Positions 51,615 to 61,049 of a DNA stretch of 64,000 nt are shown piece by piece. The DNA comes from an uncultured delta proteobacterium (GTDB lineage Bacteria > Desulfobacterota > Binatia > JACPRU01). The stretch is from positions 672,001 to 736,000 of the forward strand of contig CAVUWD010000016.1 of assembly GCA_963745025.1 (NCBI GenBank). The letters run 5' to 3'. The first letter of the stretch is position 1; every line of letters begins with the position of its first letter. Both the position numbers and the translations under genes were made by a program. The notes beneath the pieces are model-generated. The model searched no databases. It had not been told where the DNA came from and saw only the letters and a program-made list of their open reading frames with translations.

Positions 51615-54113
51615 ATGCGCCAAGAACGACTCGAGATCTCTTCGTCCGGTATGCTCGCACCGCGACGGGCCGTACTACGTCTGCTCGGCCTTCTCCTCCC
51701 GTTTCTGGCGGTGCCCGCCGCCACGGCGAGCGAGGCGGAGCTGGTCATTCCCGACCTCGCGTCAGTCGCGTTCCTCGGCCTTTCCGGCCGGACCTTGTTG
51801 TTCGGCGGGATCGGCGTCTGCCTCCTCGGACTCGTCTTCGGGCTGGTGATCTACCGCCAGCTCCAAGCCCTCCCCGTCCACCGCTCGATGCTGGAGATCT
51901 CGGAGCTGATTTATGAGACCTGCAAGACCTACCTGCTGACCCAGGGGAAGTTCATCCTCCTCCTCTGGGCATTCATCGCCGTCATCATGGTCATCTACTT
52001 TGGCTGGCTTCGCCACTTCGCGCTGGACCGCGTTCTGCTGATCATCTTCTTTTCTCTCGTCGGCATCGGCGGCTCGTATGGCGTTGCCTGGTTCGGGATC
52101 CGCATCAACACCTTCGCCAACTCCCGTACGGCCTTCGCCGCGCTCGCCGGCAAACCGTTTCCGACCTACGCGATTCCACTGAAGGCCGGGATGTCGATCG
52201 GCATGCTGCTGATCTCGACGGAGCTCGTGATCATGCTGGCGATCCTCCTGTTCGTGCCCGGCGACTATGCGGGACCGTGCTTCATCGGCTTCGCGATCGG
52301 CGAATCGCTCGGTGCGGCCGCCCTGCGCATCGCCGGAGGCATCTTCACGAAGATCGCGGACATCGGCTCGGACCTGATGAAGATCGTCTTCAACATCAAG
52401 GAGGATGACGCGCGAAACCCCGGGGTCATCGCGGATTGCACGGGGGACAACGCCGGTGACTCAGTCGGGCCGACGGCCGACGGCTTCGAGACCTACGGCG
52501 TGACCGGTGTCGCGCTGATCACGTTCATCCTCCTCGCCGTGAAGAACCCGACCGTGCAGGTGCAGCTCCTCGTGTGGATCTTCGTCATGCGCATCCTGAT
52601 GATCGCGACGTCGGCGGGTTCTTACTTCTTGAACGAGTCGCTCGCCTTCTCACGCTACGCCGACGCCGAGTCCATGAATTTCGAGGCGCCGCTCACCACG
52701 CTCGTTTGGCTCACCTCGATCGTGTCGGTGGGGGTGACCTACGTGATCTCGAGGCTCCTGATCCCGGATCTCGGGGGAGACACGACTCTCTGGTGGAAGC
52801 TTTCGACCATCATCACGTGCGGGACGCTGGCCGGCGCCATCATCCCCGAGCTGGTCAAGGTCTTCACCTCGATGGACTCCGCCCACGTGAAGGAAATCGT
52901 CACCGCCTCGCGCGAGGGCGGAGCTTCGCTCAACATCCTCGCGGGCTTCATCGCCGGCAACTTTTCGGCGTACTGGATGGGTCTGGTGATCGTTTCCCTC
53001 ATGGGCGCCGCCTACGGCATGAGCACGCTCGGCCTCGGCCAGCTGATGATCGCGCCCGCGATCTTCGCCTTTGGCCTGGTCGCGTTCGGCTTCCTCGGCA
53101 TGGGTCCGGTCACGATCGCCGTCGACTCCTACGGGCCGGTTACCGACAACGCACAATCGGTCTTCGAGCTCTCGACGATTGAATCTCAGCCCGGGATCGT
53201 CGACGAGATCCGCAAGGAGTTCGGCTTCCGCCCCGATTTCGAGGTCGCCAAGCACCACCTCGAAGCCAACGACGGGGCCGGGAACACGTTCAAGGCGACC
53301 GCCAAGCCCGTGCTCATCGGCACGGCGGTGGTCGGGGCGACCACCATGATCTTTTCGATCATCATGATGCTCACCAACGGCCTGACGGTCGACGTCGACA
53401 AGCTTTCGATCCTGCATTCGGAGTTCCTGCTCGGTCTCATCATGGGCGGCGCGGTGATCTACTGGTTCACCGGCGCGGCGACGCAGGCGGTTGCGACCGG
53501 CGCCTACCGCGCCGTCGAATTCATCAAGCAGAACATCAAGCTCGATACCGGCGCCACGAAAGCGTCGGTCGAAGACTCGAAGCGGGTCGTCGAGATCTGC
53601 ACGCAGTACGCCCAGAAGGGCATGTTCAACATCTTCCTGACGGTATTCTTCTCGACGCTCGCGTTCGCCTGTTTCGAGCCCTATTTCTTCATCGGCTACC
53701 TGATCTCGATCGCTCTCTTCGGCCTCTTCCAGGCGATCTTCATGGCCAACGCCGGTGGGGCTTGGGACAATGCCAAGAAGATCGTCGAGGTCGAGCTCAA
53801 GCAGAAGGGCACCCCCCTCCACGCGGCCTGTGTCGTCGGCGACACGGTGGGCGATCCGTTCAAGGATACCTCGTCGGTCGCCATGAATCCGGTGATCAAG
53901 TTCACGACTCTCTTCGGGCTGCTCGCCGTCGAGCTCGCGGTCGAGATGACGCGTAGCGGTCATCGGGCGATGACTCTGGTTCTGTCCGCCATGTTCTTGG
54001 CGGCCGCTCTCGTGTTCGTCTGGAGATCGTTCTACCGGATGAGGATCGGGGACGTGGCGAGCCGGGTAGGCGCCGGGGCGGCGCCCGAGAGCCGCGCCGC
54101 CGCAGCCCGGTAG
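51615..54113 (+). CDS. hppA: Membrane-bound cation-translocating pyrophosphatase (K+-independent signature, divergent clade)
   Basis: GGIFTKIADIGSDL..EDDARNPGVIADCTGDNAGD, DSYGPVTDNA, GNTFKA, GGAWDNAKK and GDTVGDPFKDTS. Confidence 0.93.
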   Translation: MRQERLEISSSGMLAPRRAVLRLLGLLLPFLAVPAATASEAELVIPDLASVAFLGLSGRTLLFGGIGVCLLGLVFGLVIYRQLQALPVHRSMLEISELIYETCKTYLLTQGKFILLLWAFIAVIMVIYFGWLRHFALDRVLLIIFFSLVGIGGSYGVAWFGIRINTFANSRTAFAALAGKPFPTYAIPLKAGMSIGMLLISTELVIMLAILLFVPGDYAGPCFIGFAIGESLGAAALRIAGGIFTKIADIGSDLMKIVFNIKEDDARNPGVIADCTGDNAGDSVGPTADGFETYGVTGVALITFILLAVKNPTVQVQLLVWIFVMRILMIATSAGSYFLNESLAFSRYADAESMNFEAPLTTLVWLTSIVSVGVTYVISRLLIPDLGGDTTLWWKLSTIITCGTLAGAIIPELVKVFTSMDSAHVKEIVTASREGGASLNILAGFIAGNFSAYWMGLVIVSLMGAAYGMSTLGLGQLMIAPAIFAFGLVAFGFLGMGPVTIAVDSYGPVTDNAQSVFELSTIESQPGIVDEIRKEFGFRPDFEVAKHHLEANDGAGNTFKATAKPVLIGTAVVGATTMIFSIIMMLTNGLTVDVDKLSILHSEFLLGLIMGGAVIYWFTGAATQAVATGAYRAVEFIKQNIKLDTGATKASVEDSKRVVEICTQYAQKGMFNIFLTVFFSTLAFACFEPYFFIGYLISIALFGLFQAIFMANAGGAWDNAKKIVEVELKQKGTPLHAACVVGDTVGDPFKDTSSVAMNPVIKFTTLFGLLAVELAVEMTRSGHRAMTLVLSAMFLAAALVFVWRSFYRMRIGDVASRVGAGAAPESRAAAAR

Positions 54114-54136
54114 GGGGGCGGGAGTCGAGATCACCA

Positions 54137-54349
54137 CGAATGCTTCGGAACGACGAAGAGCGTGGTCGGTTGTGATCGGCCCGTACTCGGGTCGATCACA
54201 ACCGACCACAACCGCGCGAAGCGCGGAGGCAATGACCCGCGAGCTGGTCTATTGCTTTCCGCGCTGGCGCGCGGTGCTGGATCTTCGGGTCGACCCGAGT
54301 ACGGGCCGACCCGAAGATCCAGCGCTTCACGGATTTCCGGCGCTCGTAG
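54137..54349. repeat. Full copy of the ~215-bp three-hairpin repeat (REPIN/MITE-like)
   Basis: Two inverted TCGACCCGAGTACGGGCCGA tips on perfect stems flank a central hairpin; the reverse-complement copy is at 60794-61010. Confidence 0.88.
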
Positions 54350-55955
54350 CTGCCCCGCTCGAGGGCGCCCCGCGATCGGCGAGCGTCTGGTAGTTCAGGC
54401 CTGAAAAGGCGCCGGGCTCTCGGGCCATCGCCGCAAAGACCTCTTCCGCGCTCCCCCACTCCGTAGAATCCCCGAGGCCGGCGAGCAGCGAGGTGAGGAG
54501 CCTCCAACCTTCCATCGCGTCACCCGGTGGCGGAAACGCCTGCCAGAGGCGCTGCACACGCCCGGCGTGGTTGGTGAACGTACCGTCGGTCTCCGCGAAC
54601 GAGCTGGTCGGCATCACGACGTCTGCGTAGAGAGATGTCTCGGTTCTGCGTAGATCGATCAACACGAAGAATTCGAGGGCCTCGAGCGCGGCCTCGACCT
54701 GTTCGCGGCCGAGCTCCGCGACGAGATCCGCGCCGAATACGATGAGAGCCTTGATCGCCCCGCGGCGCGCCGCTTCGAGAATGCGTTCGACGGCGTCGGG
54801 CGTGGTCGGAATCCCCAAGGCTTCGAGCCCCTTACGGTTCGGGTTCTTGTCCCGCTTGATCAGCAGATCGTCGCCGTAGGCGTCCGGCGGCGACCAAGCA
54901 TGTCCGGCGATCGATCGGCCGTCTTCGCCAGCGCCCGCAGGATGCTGGAGCAGGCGGCGAAAGAGGAATGCCTCTTCGTTGGTCGCGAACGCCGATAGAA
55001 TCCCGGCGATCGCGCCGTCGCCGCCGGCCTCACGGATCCCCTTTAGGCGCGTGCATACCGTGTCCACCGCCTGCTTCCACGCAAGCGGCTGGAGCTCGTC
55101 ACCCTGGCGCACCTGCGGTCCGATCGACCGGTTCTCGCCTTGGATCAGCCGATACCCCATCCGCCCCGCATCGCACATCCAGTAGTCGTTCACCTCGGCG
55201 TTGTAACGCGGCTGGAAGCGGAAGATCCGGCCCTCGCGGTGATGAATCTCGATGTTGCAGCCGTTGGCGCAACATGCGCAGACCGATTCGGTCTGCTTCG
55301 AGGTACCAGACGCGCGCGCTTGAAGCGGAAGTCCTTGCTGGTGAGCGCACCGACCGGACAGATGTCGACGACGTTCCCGGAGTACGGATTGTCGAGCGTC
55401 TTCCCGGGTGCCAGATCGATGTCGCAGTGGTCGCCGCGCTCGAAGATGCCGAGCTCGCTCGTCTTCGGTAACCTCGTCGAGGAAGCGCGTGCAGCGCGGC
55501 AGAGGATGCAGCGCTCCTGGTCGAGCATGACCTGCGGCCCGAGGTCGATCGCCTTGCGCTTGCGGACCTTCTCCTCGAGCGGGAAGCGGCTCGGACTGCC
55601 GGTCGTAGTCCATGTAGTAGTCCTGGAGCTTGCACTCACCCGCCTGGTCGCAGATCGGACAGTCGATCGGGTGGTTGATGAGCAGGAACTCGAGCACGGC
55701 CTGCTGTGCGCCGTCTTCACGCGCTCGTTCTGCGTGTGCACGACCATGCCCTCGGTGACCCGCGTGTTGCAGGCGATCTGCAGCTTCGGCACCTTCTCGA
55801 TCTCGACCAGGCACATGCGGCAGTTGCCGGCGATCGTCAGGCCCGGGATGCCAGCAGTAGTGCGGGATCTCGATGCCGAGCCGCTCCGCGGCCTGGATGA
55901 CGGTGAGGCCGTCTTCGACCTCGACCTCTCGGCCGTCGATCGTCGACTTCGGCAT
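54327..55955 (-). CDS. nuoG: NADH-quinone oxidoreductase subunit G, short form (several frameshifts)
   Basis: [53 protein letters not shown] and [10 protein letters not shown]. Confidence 0.85.
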   Translation of the reverse strand: MPKSTIDGREVEVEDGLTVIQAAERLGIEIPHYCWHPGPDDRRQLPHVPGRDREGAEAADRLQHAGHRGHGRAHAERAREDGAQQAVLEFLLINHPIDCPICDQAGECKLQDYYMDYDRQSEPLPARGEGPQAQGDRPRAAGHARPGALHPLPRCTRFLDEVTEDERARHLRARRPLRHRSGTREDARQSVLRERRRHLSGRCAHQQGLPLQARASGTSKQTESVCACCANGCNIEIHHREGRIFRFQPRYNAEVNDYWMCDAGRMGYRLIQGENRSIGPQVRQGDELQPLAWKQAVDTVCTRLKGIREAGGDGAIAGILSAFATNEEAFLFRRLLQHPAGAGEDGRSIAGHAWSPPDAYGDDLLIKRDKNPNRKGLEALGIPTTPDAVERILEAARRGAIKALIVFGADLVAELGREQVEAALEALEFFVLIDLRRTETSLYADVVMPTSSFAETDGTFTNHAGRVQRLWQAFPPPGDAMEGWRLLTSLLAGLGDSTEWGSAEEVFAAMAREPGAFSGLNYQTLADRGAPSSGAATSAGNP

Positions 55956-55959
55956 GGGC

Positions 55960-57281
55960 TCAGTGGCCGGCGGCCGCGGCGCGTCGCGCCTCGCCGAGCG
56001 GGCGGAAGGGACAGCGGCCGAGCGCGCACGTGCTCCTCGAACTCGTCGCGGAACTTGGTGACGAAGCTCTGCGCCGGCATCGCGGCCGCGTCGGCGAGCA
56101 CGCAGATGGTGTTGCCCATCATGTTGTCGGCGATGTCGAGCGAGCAGGTCGACGTCCGCTGCGCGCCCGGTCCCCGCCTCGAGGCGGCGGAGCACCTTGT
56201 GCGAGCCAGCCGGTGCCCTCGCGGCAGGGCGTGCACTGGCCGCACGACTCGTGGTGGATAGAAGCGGCTGATGACGTCGAGCGCGCCGCACCATGCACGT
56301 GCTGTCGTCCATGACGATGATGCCCGCCGAGCCGAGCAGCGACCCCGCCTTGGCGACCGAGTCGAAGTCCATCGGCACGTCGATCTCGTCGGCCGTGAAG
56401 ACCGGCACCGACGCGCCGCCCGGGAATCACGGCCTTCAGCTTGCGGCCGTTCGGGATGCCGCCGCAGTGCGTCGTAGATGATCTCGCGCAGCGGCGTCCC
56501 CATCGGCAGCTCGTAGATCCCCGGGCGCTCGACGTGACCGCGACACGCAGAAGAGCTTCGGGCCGGGGCTCTTCTCCGGCCCGATGCGGCTTGAACCAGT
56601 CGGCGCCGCGGCTGACGATGTGCGGCACGCAGGCGAGCGTCTCGACGTTGTTGACGATCGTCGGGCAGCCGAAGAGGCCGTAGCGTCGCCGGGAACGGCG
56701 GCTTGACGCGCGGGTAGGCGCGCTTGCCCTCGAGCGACTCGATGAGGCCGGTCTCCTCGCCGCAGATGTAGGCGCCGGCGCCGCGGTGCACGACGACGTC
56801 GAGGTCGAAGCCCGGTGCCGAAGATGTTCTTGCCGAGGTAGCCCCTTCGCGCGCGCCTCCTCGATCGCCTGGTTCGAGCACGCTTGGCGCCGAGCGCGAA
56901 CTCGCCGCGGATGTAGATGTAGGCCGTGTGGCAGCCGATCGCGTAGGCCGTGATGATGATGCCCTCGAGGAGCTGGTGCGGATCGTGCTCGATGATCTCG
57001 CGGTCCTTGAAGGTGCCGGGCTCGCTCTCGTCGGCGTTGACGCAGAGGTAGACCGGCTTCTCGGTCTGCTTGGGGAGGAAGCTCCACTTCATGCCGGTCG
57101 GGAAGCCGGCGCCGCCGCGGCCGCGCAGGTCCGACGCTCTTCACCATCTCGATGAGCTCGCCGGGCTGGCAGTCGCGTGAGCGCCTTGCGCGTGGCCTCG
57201 TAGCCGCCGTGCCGCTCGTAGACCTCGATCGTGCGGTAGGTCCGGGACCTCCCGGTGGCGCAGCAGTACCCGCTCGCTCAT
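55960..57281 (-). CDS. nuoF: NADH-quinone oxidoreductase subunit F (many frameshifts; ends approximate)
   Basis: [37 protein letters not shown] and [13 protein letters not shown]. Confidence 0.88.
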
Positions 57282-57310
57282 GGAGATCCGGGCGAGGCCG
57301 CGAGCTCGGA

Positions 57311-57845
57311 TCAGATCCGGTTCCGCCACCTGCGCCGAAATGCCCGCTGCCGTTCGCCCTGGATCTTCCGCTGCAGCGCCATCAGGCCGTCGAGCACCGC
57401 CTCGGGCCGCGGCGGACAGCCGGGTACGTACACGTCGACCGGGATGATGCGGTCGATGCCGGGCAACGTCGTGTAGTTGTCGTAGAAGCCGCCGCGTCGA
57501 GGCGCAGGCGCCGAAGGCCATCACCCACTTCGGCTCGCGCCATCTGGTCGTAGACGCGCTGAGGATCGGCGCCTGGCGGACGGTGACCGTGCCGATGACC
57601 ATCAGCAGGTCGGCCTGGCGCGGCGTGAAGCGCGGCAGCAGCGCACCGAAGCGGTCGATGTCGTAGGGCGACATCGACAGCGACATGAACTCCATGGCGC
57701 AGCACGCGGTCGCGAACGGATACGGGAAGATCGAGTACTTGCGCGCCCAGCCGATCGCCTTCTCGACCTGCGTGACGATCACGCTGTCGCTGAGCAGTGC
57801 TTCGGGCCCAGCCGTGTAGTTGGCCGGAGCAATTCGTTCCGTCAC
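57311..57845 (-). CDS. nuoB: NADH-quinone oxidoreductase subunit B (frameshifted)
   Basis: [23 protein letters not shown] and [12 protein letters not shown]; GTG start after GGAGG. Confidence 0.88.
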
Positions 57846-58000
57846 GTCGCGTTGACCTCCAATAGGCGCTATAGCCGTTCGATTTCGGAGCGTCAATCAA
57901 GGGGGCCATGGCAACATCGTCAACCGTTTTTCTCCACGCTGACTCGCCGGAAAGGCGGACGATGTTGCCAACGTACCCGCCCTCCGCCTATGCTCCGACG

Positions 58001-58324
58001 ATGGAAATCTTCCAGCGGGTCGCGGACGCGTTTCAGTTCAGCGCCGAAAAAATGAAGAAGAACGCTCTCTTCGCGACCGACCGATTCTTCTGCGACGTCT
58101 ACACGTTCGAACCGGGTCAGAACCAGACCGGCCATCGTCACGCGGGCTCGGACAAGATCTACTACGTACTCGGAGGTGTGGGCGATTTCCGCGTCGACGC
58201 CGAATCGCGGAGGCTCGAGGCGGGAGCCGTCGTGTTCTGTCCCGCCGGCTCGGAGCACGCGGTCGCCAACCCAGGTCCCGAGCGGCTCGCGCTTCTCGTG
58301 TTCATGGCACCACCGCCCAAGTGA
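58001..58324 (+). CDS. Cupin_2-domain protein
   Basis: EPGQ..HRH..DKIYYVLGG and VFCPAGSEHAVAN. Confidence 0.85.
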   Translation: MEIFQRVADAFQFSAEKMKKNALFATDRFFCDVYTFEPGQNQTGHRHAGSDKIYYVLGGVGDFRVDAESRRLEAGAVVFCPAGSEHAVANPGPERLALLVFMAPPPK

Positions 58325-58758
58325 GCCCCACGATCACAAGCGAATCGGAGAGAGTGCGCCTAGCCAATCTCGCCTTCTATCGTGCCTTCGAAAGCCTCGA
58401 TGTCGCGAAGATGCAGGAGATCTGGCTGCATTCGGCGCGCGTTCAGTGCACGCATCCGGGCTGGCTCCGCCTCGTCGGCTACGCGGCCGTGATGAACAGC
58501 TGGGAACACATCTTCGAAGACACATTCGAGATGTCCTTCGACCTCACCGGAGTGGAGATCTCGATCGTCGGCGACCTGGCTTGGGTGGTTTGCACCGAGA
58601 ACATCACCAGCCGCACCTACGACGGTATCTCCCGCTCGCAGGTGGAAGCGACGAACCTCTTCGAGCATCACGGCGGCCAATGGCGCTTGGTGCATCACCA
58701 CGGATCGCTCGTGGTGTCCGGACCAGACTCCGAGGATCCGAGCCCGCATTTGCAGTAG
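58321..58758 (+). CDS. SnoaL-like/NTF2-family protein
   Basis: ANLAFYRAFESLD, CTHPGW, ATNLFE and WRLVHHHGS. Confidence 0.88.
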   Translation: MSPTITSESERVRLANLAFYRAFESLDVAKMQEIWLHSARVQCTHPGWLRLVGYAAVMNSWEHIFEDTFEMSFDLTGVEISIVGDLAWVVCTENITSRTYDGISRSQVEATNLFEHHGGQWRLVHHHGSLVVSGPDSEDPSPHLQ

Positions 58759-58821
58759 CCCTGCGCCACCTGTCAGAATTCGCTGGAGCCCGTCCGGGAC
58801 AGTCGCACGGGCTCTAACCGC

Positions 58822-59127
58822 ATGCCCGCTTCCGAGCCGAAGACGATCGGTCGCTACAACGTGGAGCGCCTGCTCGGAGCCGGCGGCATGGGCGCGGTCT
58901 ATCTCGCCGAAGATCCGCTCCTCAAGCGCCGCCTGGCGGTGAAGGTGGTCCAGGCGGGGGCCGCGCAACAGGACGTGCTGCTTCGGTTTCGCCGCGAGGC
59001 CGAAGTTTCCGCGCGCCTCAACCACCCGAACGTCATCACGATCTACGACGTCGGCGAGGACGCGACGGTCGGCCCGTTCATCGCCATGGAGTTCGTCGAA
59101 CGGGTGGCGACGTTCGCGATCCGCTAG
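58822..59127 (+). pseudogene. Truncated Hanks-type Ser/Thr kinase (N-lobe only)
   Basis: LGAGGMGAVYLA, VAVK-like LAVKV, RFRREA, LNHPNVITIYD, FIAMEFVE, then a stop; no HRD or DFG motif follows. Confidence 0.82.
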
Positions 59128-59493
59128 CCCGGTAGGCTGCCTGGCCGGAGCCGGCTCGCGACCAACGGGAACGGTCTCTGCCGCAGCCTCCTGCGATTCG
59201 AGCTCGGCGCGACGCCGCTGTGCAGCGTTCGCGTTGCTCCTGCTCGCGCTCGCCGACCATCCGGCATTCCCGCGCGACGAGATCGCCGAAGAGCGGGAAC
59301 GCGCTCGCATTGCCGCTTCCCGCATCGAGCTCGAGTGGCCGCTCGCGCCAACCGGGCCGGTCACGAGGTTCATCCGAGCCCTCGGCGTGCGCCTTGCCCG
59401 CGCAGAGCTGCTCGCGGCGATACCGGTCGGCGGGCAGTGGGACGGCGAGGAGTTTTGCCGCTTGAGGCGCGACACCGCACCGGGCACGGAATA

Positions 59494-59547
59494 GGCTACG
59501 GGCTACGGGAAAAGACTCAGCACGGCCCTTCCCGTAGCCTGTAACCT
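59494..59547. repeat. Heptamer-based intergenic hairpin repeat (family 2)
   Basis: GGCTACG-GGCTACG-GGAAAAGACTC..TTCC-CGTAGCC-TGTAACC. Confidence 0.7.
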
Positions 59548-59636
59548 CTCCCGACACCTCTCCCGGCCCGAATTGACCAAACGCAGCAAAAACGGCTAGA
59601 AGGAGAGGTTAATCACTGACGGAGGCTCGATTCCCA

Positions 59637-60200
59637 ATGTTCGTCCCGGCGACACAGCTCAGAGTTGGTACCGTGATCAAGTACCAGAACGATCTCTACC
59701 GTATGACACAGCTCACGCACATCACGCCCGGAAACTGGCGCGGCATGGTGCAGACCAAGATGCGGAACCTCCGCACCGGCGTACAGACCGAAAATCGCTT
59801 CCGCTCGGAAGACAAGGTTGAGAAGGTTACACTCGAACAGCATGAGATGGAGTTCCTCTACCAAGACGGTGACCTGTTCAATTTCATGAACACCGAGAAC
59901 TACGAGCAGGTCGAGCTCTCGCGCGACGACCTCGGCGACGCCGTCGGCTATCTCACTCCGAACCTCAAGGTCTCGGTCGAGTTCTACGAGGGCAAGCCGA
60001 TGGGAGTGGAGTTGCCGAAGACCGTGGATCTCAAGGTGACCGACGTGGCCCCGGGCATGAAGACCGCCACCGTCACCAACGTGCTGAAGCCCGCGACCAC
60101 CGAAACCGGCCTCATCGTGCCCGTACCGAACTTCATCGAGACCGGGGCGGTGATTCGCGTCGATACCGAATCCGGCGCGTACCTGTCGCGGGCGAAGTAG
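59637..60200 (+). CDS. efp: Elongation factor P
   Basis: HITPGNWRGMVQTK, FLYQDG, FMNTENYEQ, KPATTETG and VPNFIETG..IRVDT. Confidence 0.95.
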   Translation: MFVPATQLRVGTVIKYQNDLYRMTQLTHITPGNWRGMVQTKMRNLRTGVQTENRFRSEDKVEKVTLEQHEMEFLYQDGDLFNFMNTENYEQVELSRDDLGDAVGYLTPNLKVSVEFYEGKPMGVELPKTVDLKVTDVAPGMKTATVTNVLKPATTETGLIVPVPNFIETGAVIRVDTESGAYLSRAK

Positions 60201-60314
60201 CCCTCTTTCGCCTCGGTGCCCGCCCGTTGCGCGCCGACTGCGGGCCGGACTAGCTTGCGGCCGAAGAGAGATCCCCGAGCCGCCGCGACGGTGAGACGCT
60301 CGTGGGCCGGTCGC

Positions 60315-60737
60315 CTACTCGGCGGCGAGGACCAGCAGCTTGCCGAGCCAAGGCACCACGGCGAGCAGGACGTAACCGACGGCCGTCCAGCGTAGGGCCC
60401 ACGCGCCGAGTGCGGGCGGTACGTTTCGGCGGATGAGCAAGAGCAGGCCGCATGCCTGAGCCTTGAACAGCATGAGCGCGGTTCCCGATCCGAGCGTCGT
60501 CATCGAGCCACTGAGGATCGGGTTTGCTTCCGCGAATCCGACCTGCAGCGCCTGGTAGGTCAGGAACCCATCGGCGACTTGCAGCAGGACGTTGAGAGCG
60601 AAGAGCTCCTGCAGATCGCTCTCGTTCGCCGATCCGTTCGCCGCCAGACCGCCCCGCGTCAATGTCGTTTCCACGCCCCTCGCCGTCGCTTCCGCGCCCG
60701 ACCCGCTTGTACCGTTTGCGAAAGAATCTTGATTCAC
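60315..60737 (-). CDS. Small membrane protein (DUF5658-like)
   Basis: LNVLLQVADGFLTY..GFAEANP..K pattern with hydrophobic helices. Confidence 0.65.
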   Translation of the reverse strand: MNQDSFANGTSGSGAEATARGVETTLTRGGLAANGSANESDLQELFALNVLLQVADGFLTYQALQVGFAEANPILSGSMTTLGSGTALMLFKAQACGLLLLIRRNVPPALGAWALRWTAVGYVLLAVVPWLGKLLVLAAE

Positions 60738-60793
60738 GGCGATAGCGGCGTCAAGAAGAAAAATACGCGCGCGGTAACCCCTTCAATCTCTGC

Positions 60794-61010
60794 CTACGAA
60801 CGCTCGAGATTCCGAAGCGCTCGGATTCTCCGGTCGGCCCGTACTCGGGTCGACCGGAGAATCCAGCCGCCGCGCGCAAGCGCGGAAGGCAATAGACCAA
60901 CTCGCGGGTTACTGCCTTGCGCGCTCCGCGGGGTTGCGGCCGGTTGTGATCGACCCGAGTACGGGCCGATCATAACCGACCGCGCGCTCTGTCCTCCCCA
61001 AAGATTCGAG
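60794..61010. repeat. Full copy of the ~215-bp three-hairpin repeat
   Basis: Reverse complement of 54137-54349 with compensatory substitutions in the stems. Confidence 0.88.
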
Positions 61011-61049
61011 CCGAAGAGTGAGGCCTCACCGCGCGCGAAAGGCGATGGA

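Noticed and set aside
59130-59494. ORF 59234-59494 as an independent gene
   Set aside because: No clear start or RBS and no recognisable motif; more likely the tail of a gene lost in the deletion that truncated the kinase.
51285-61010. Repeats as a CRISPR array
   Set aside because: Copies are dispersed and inverted, with no regular repeat-spacer period and no cas genes.
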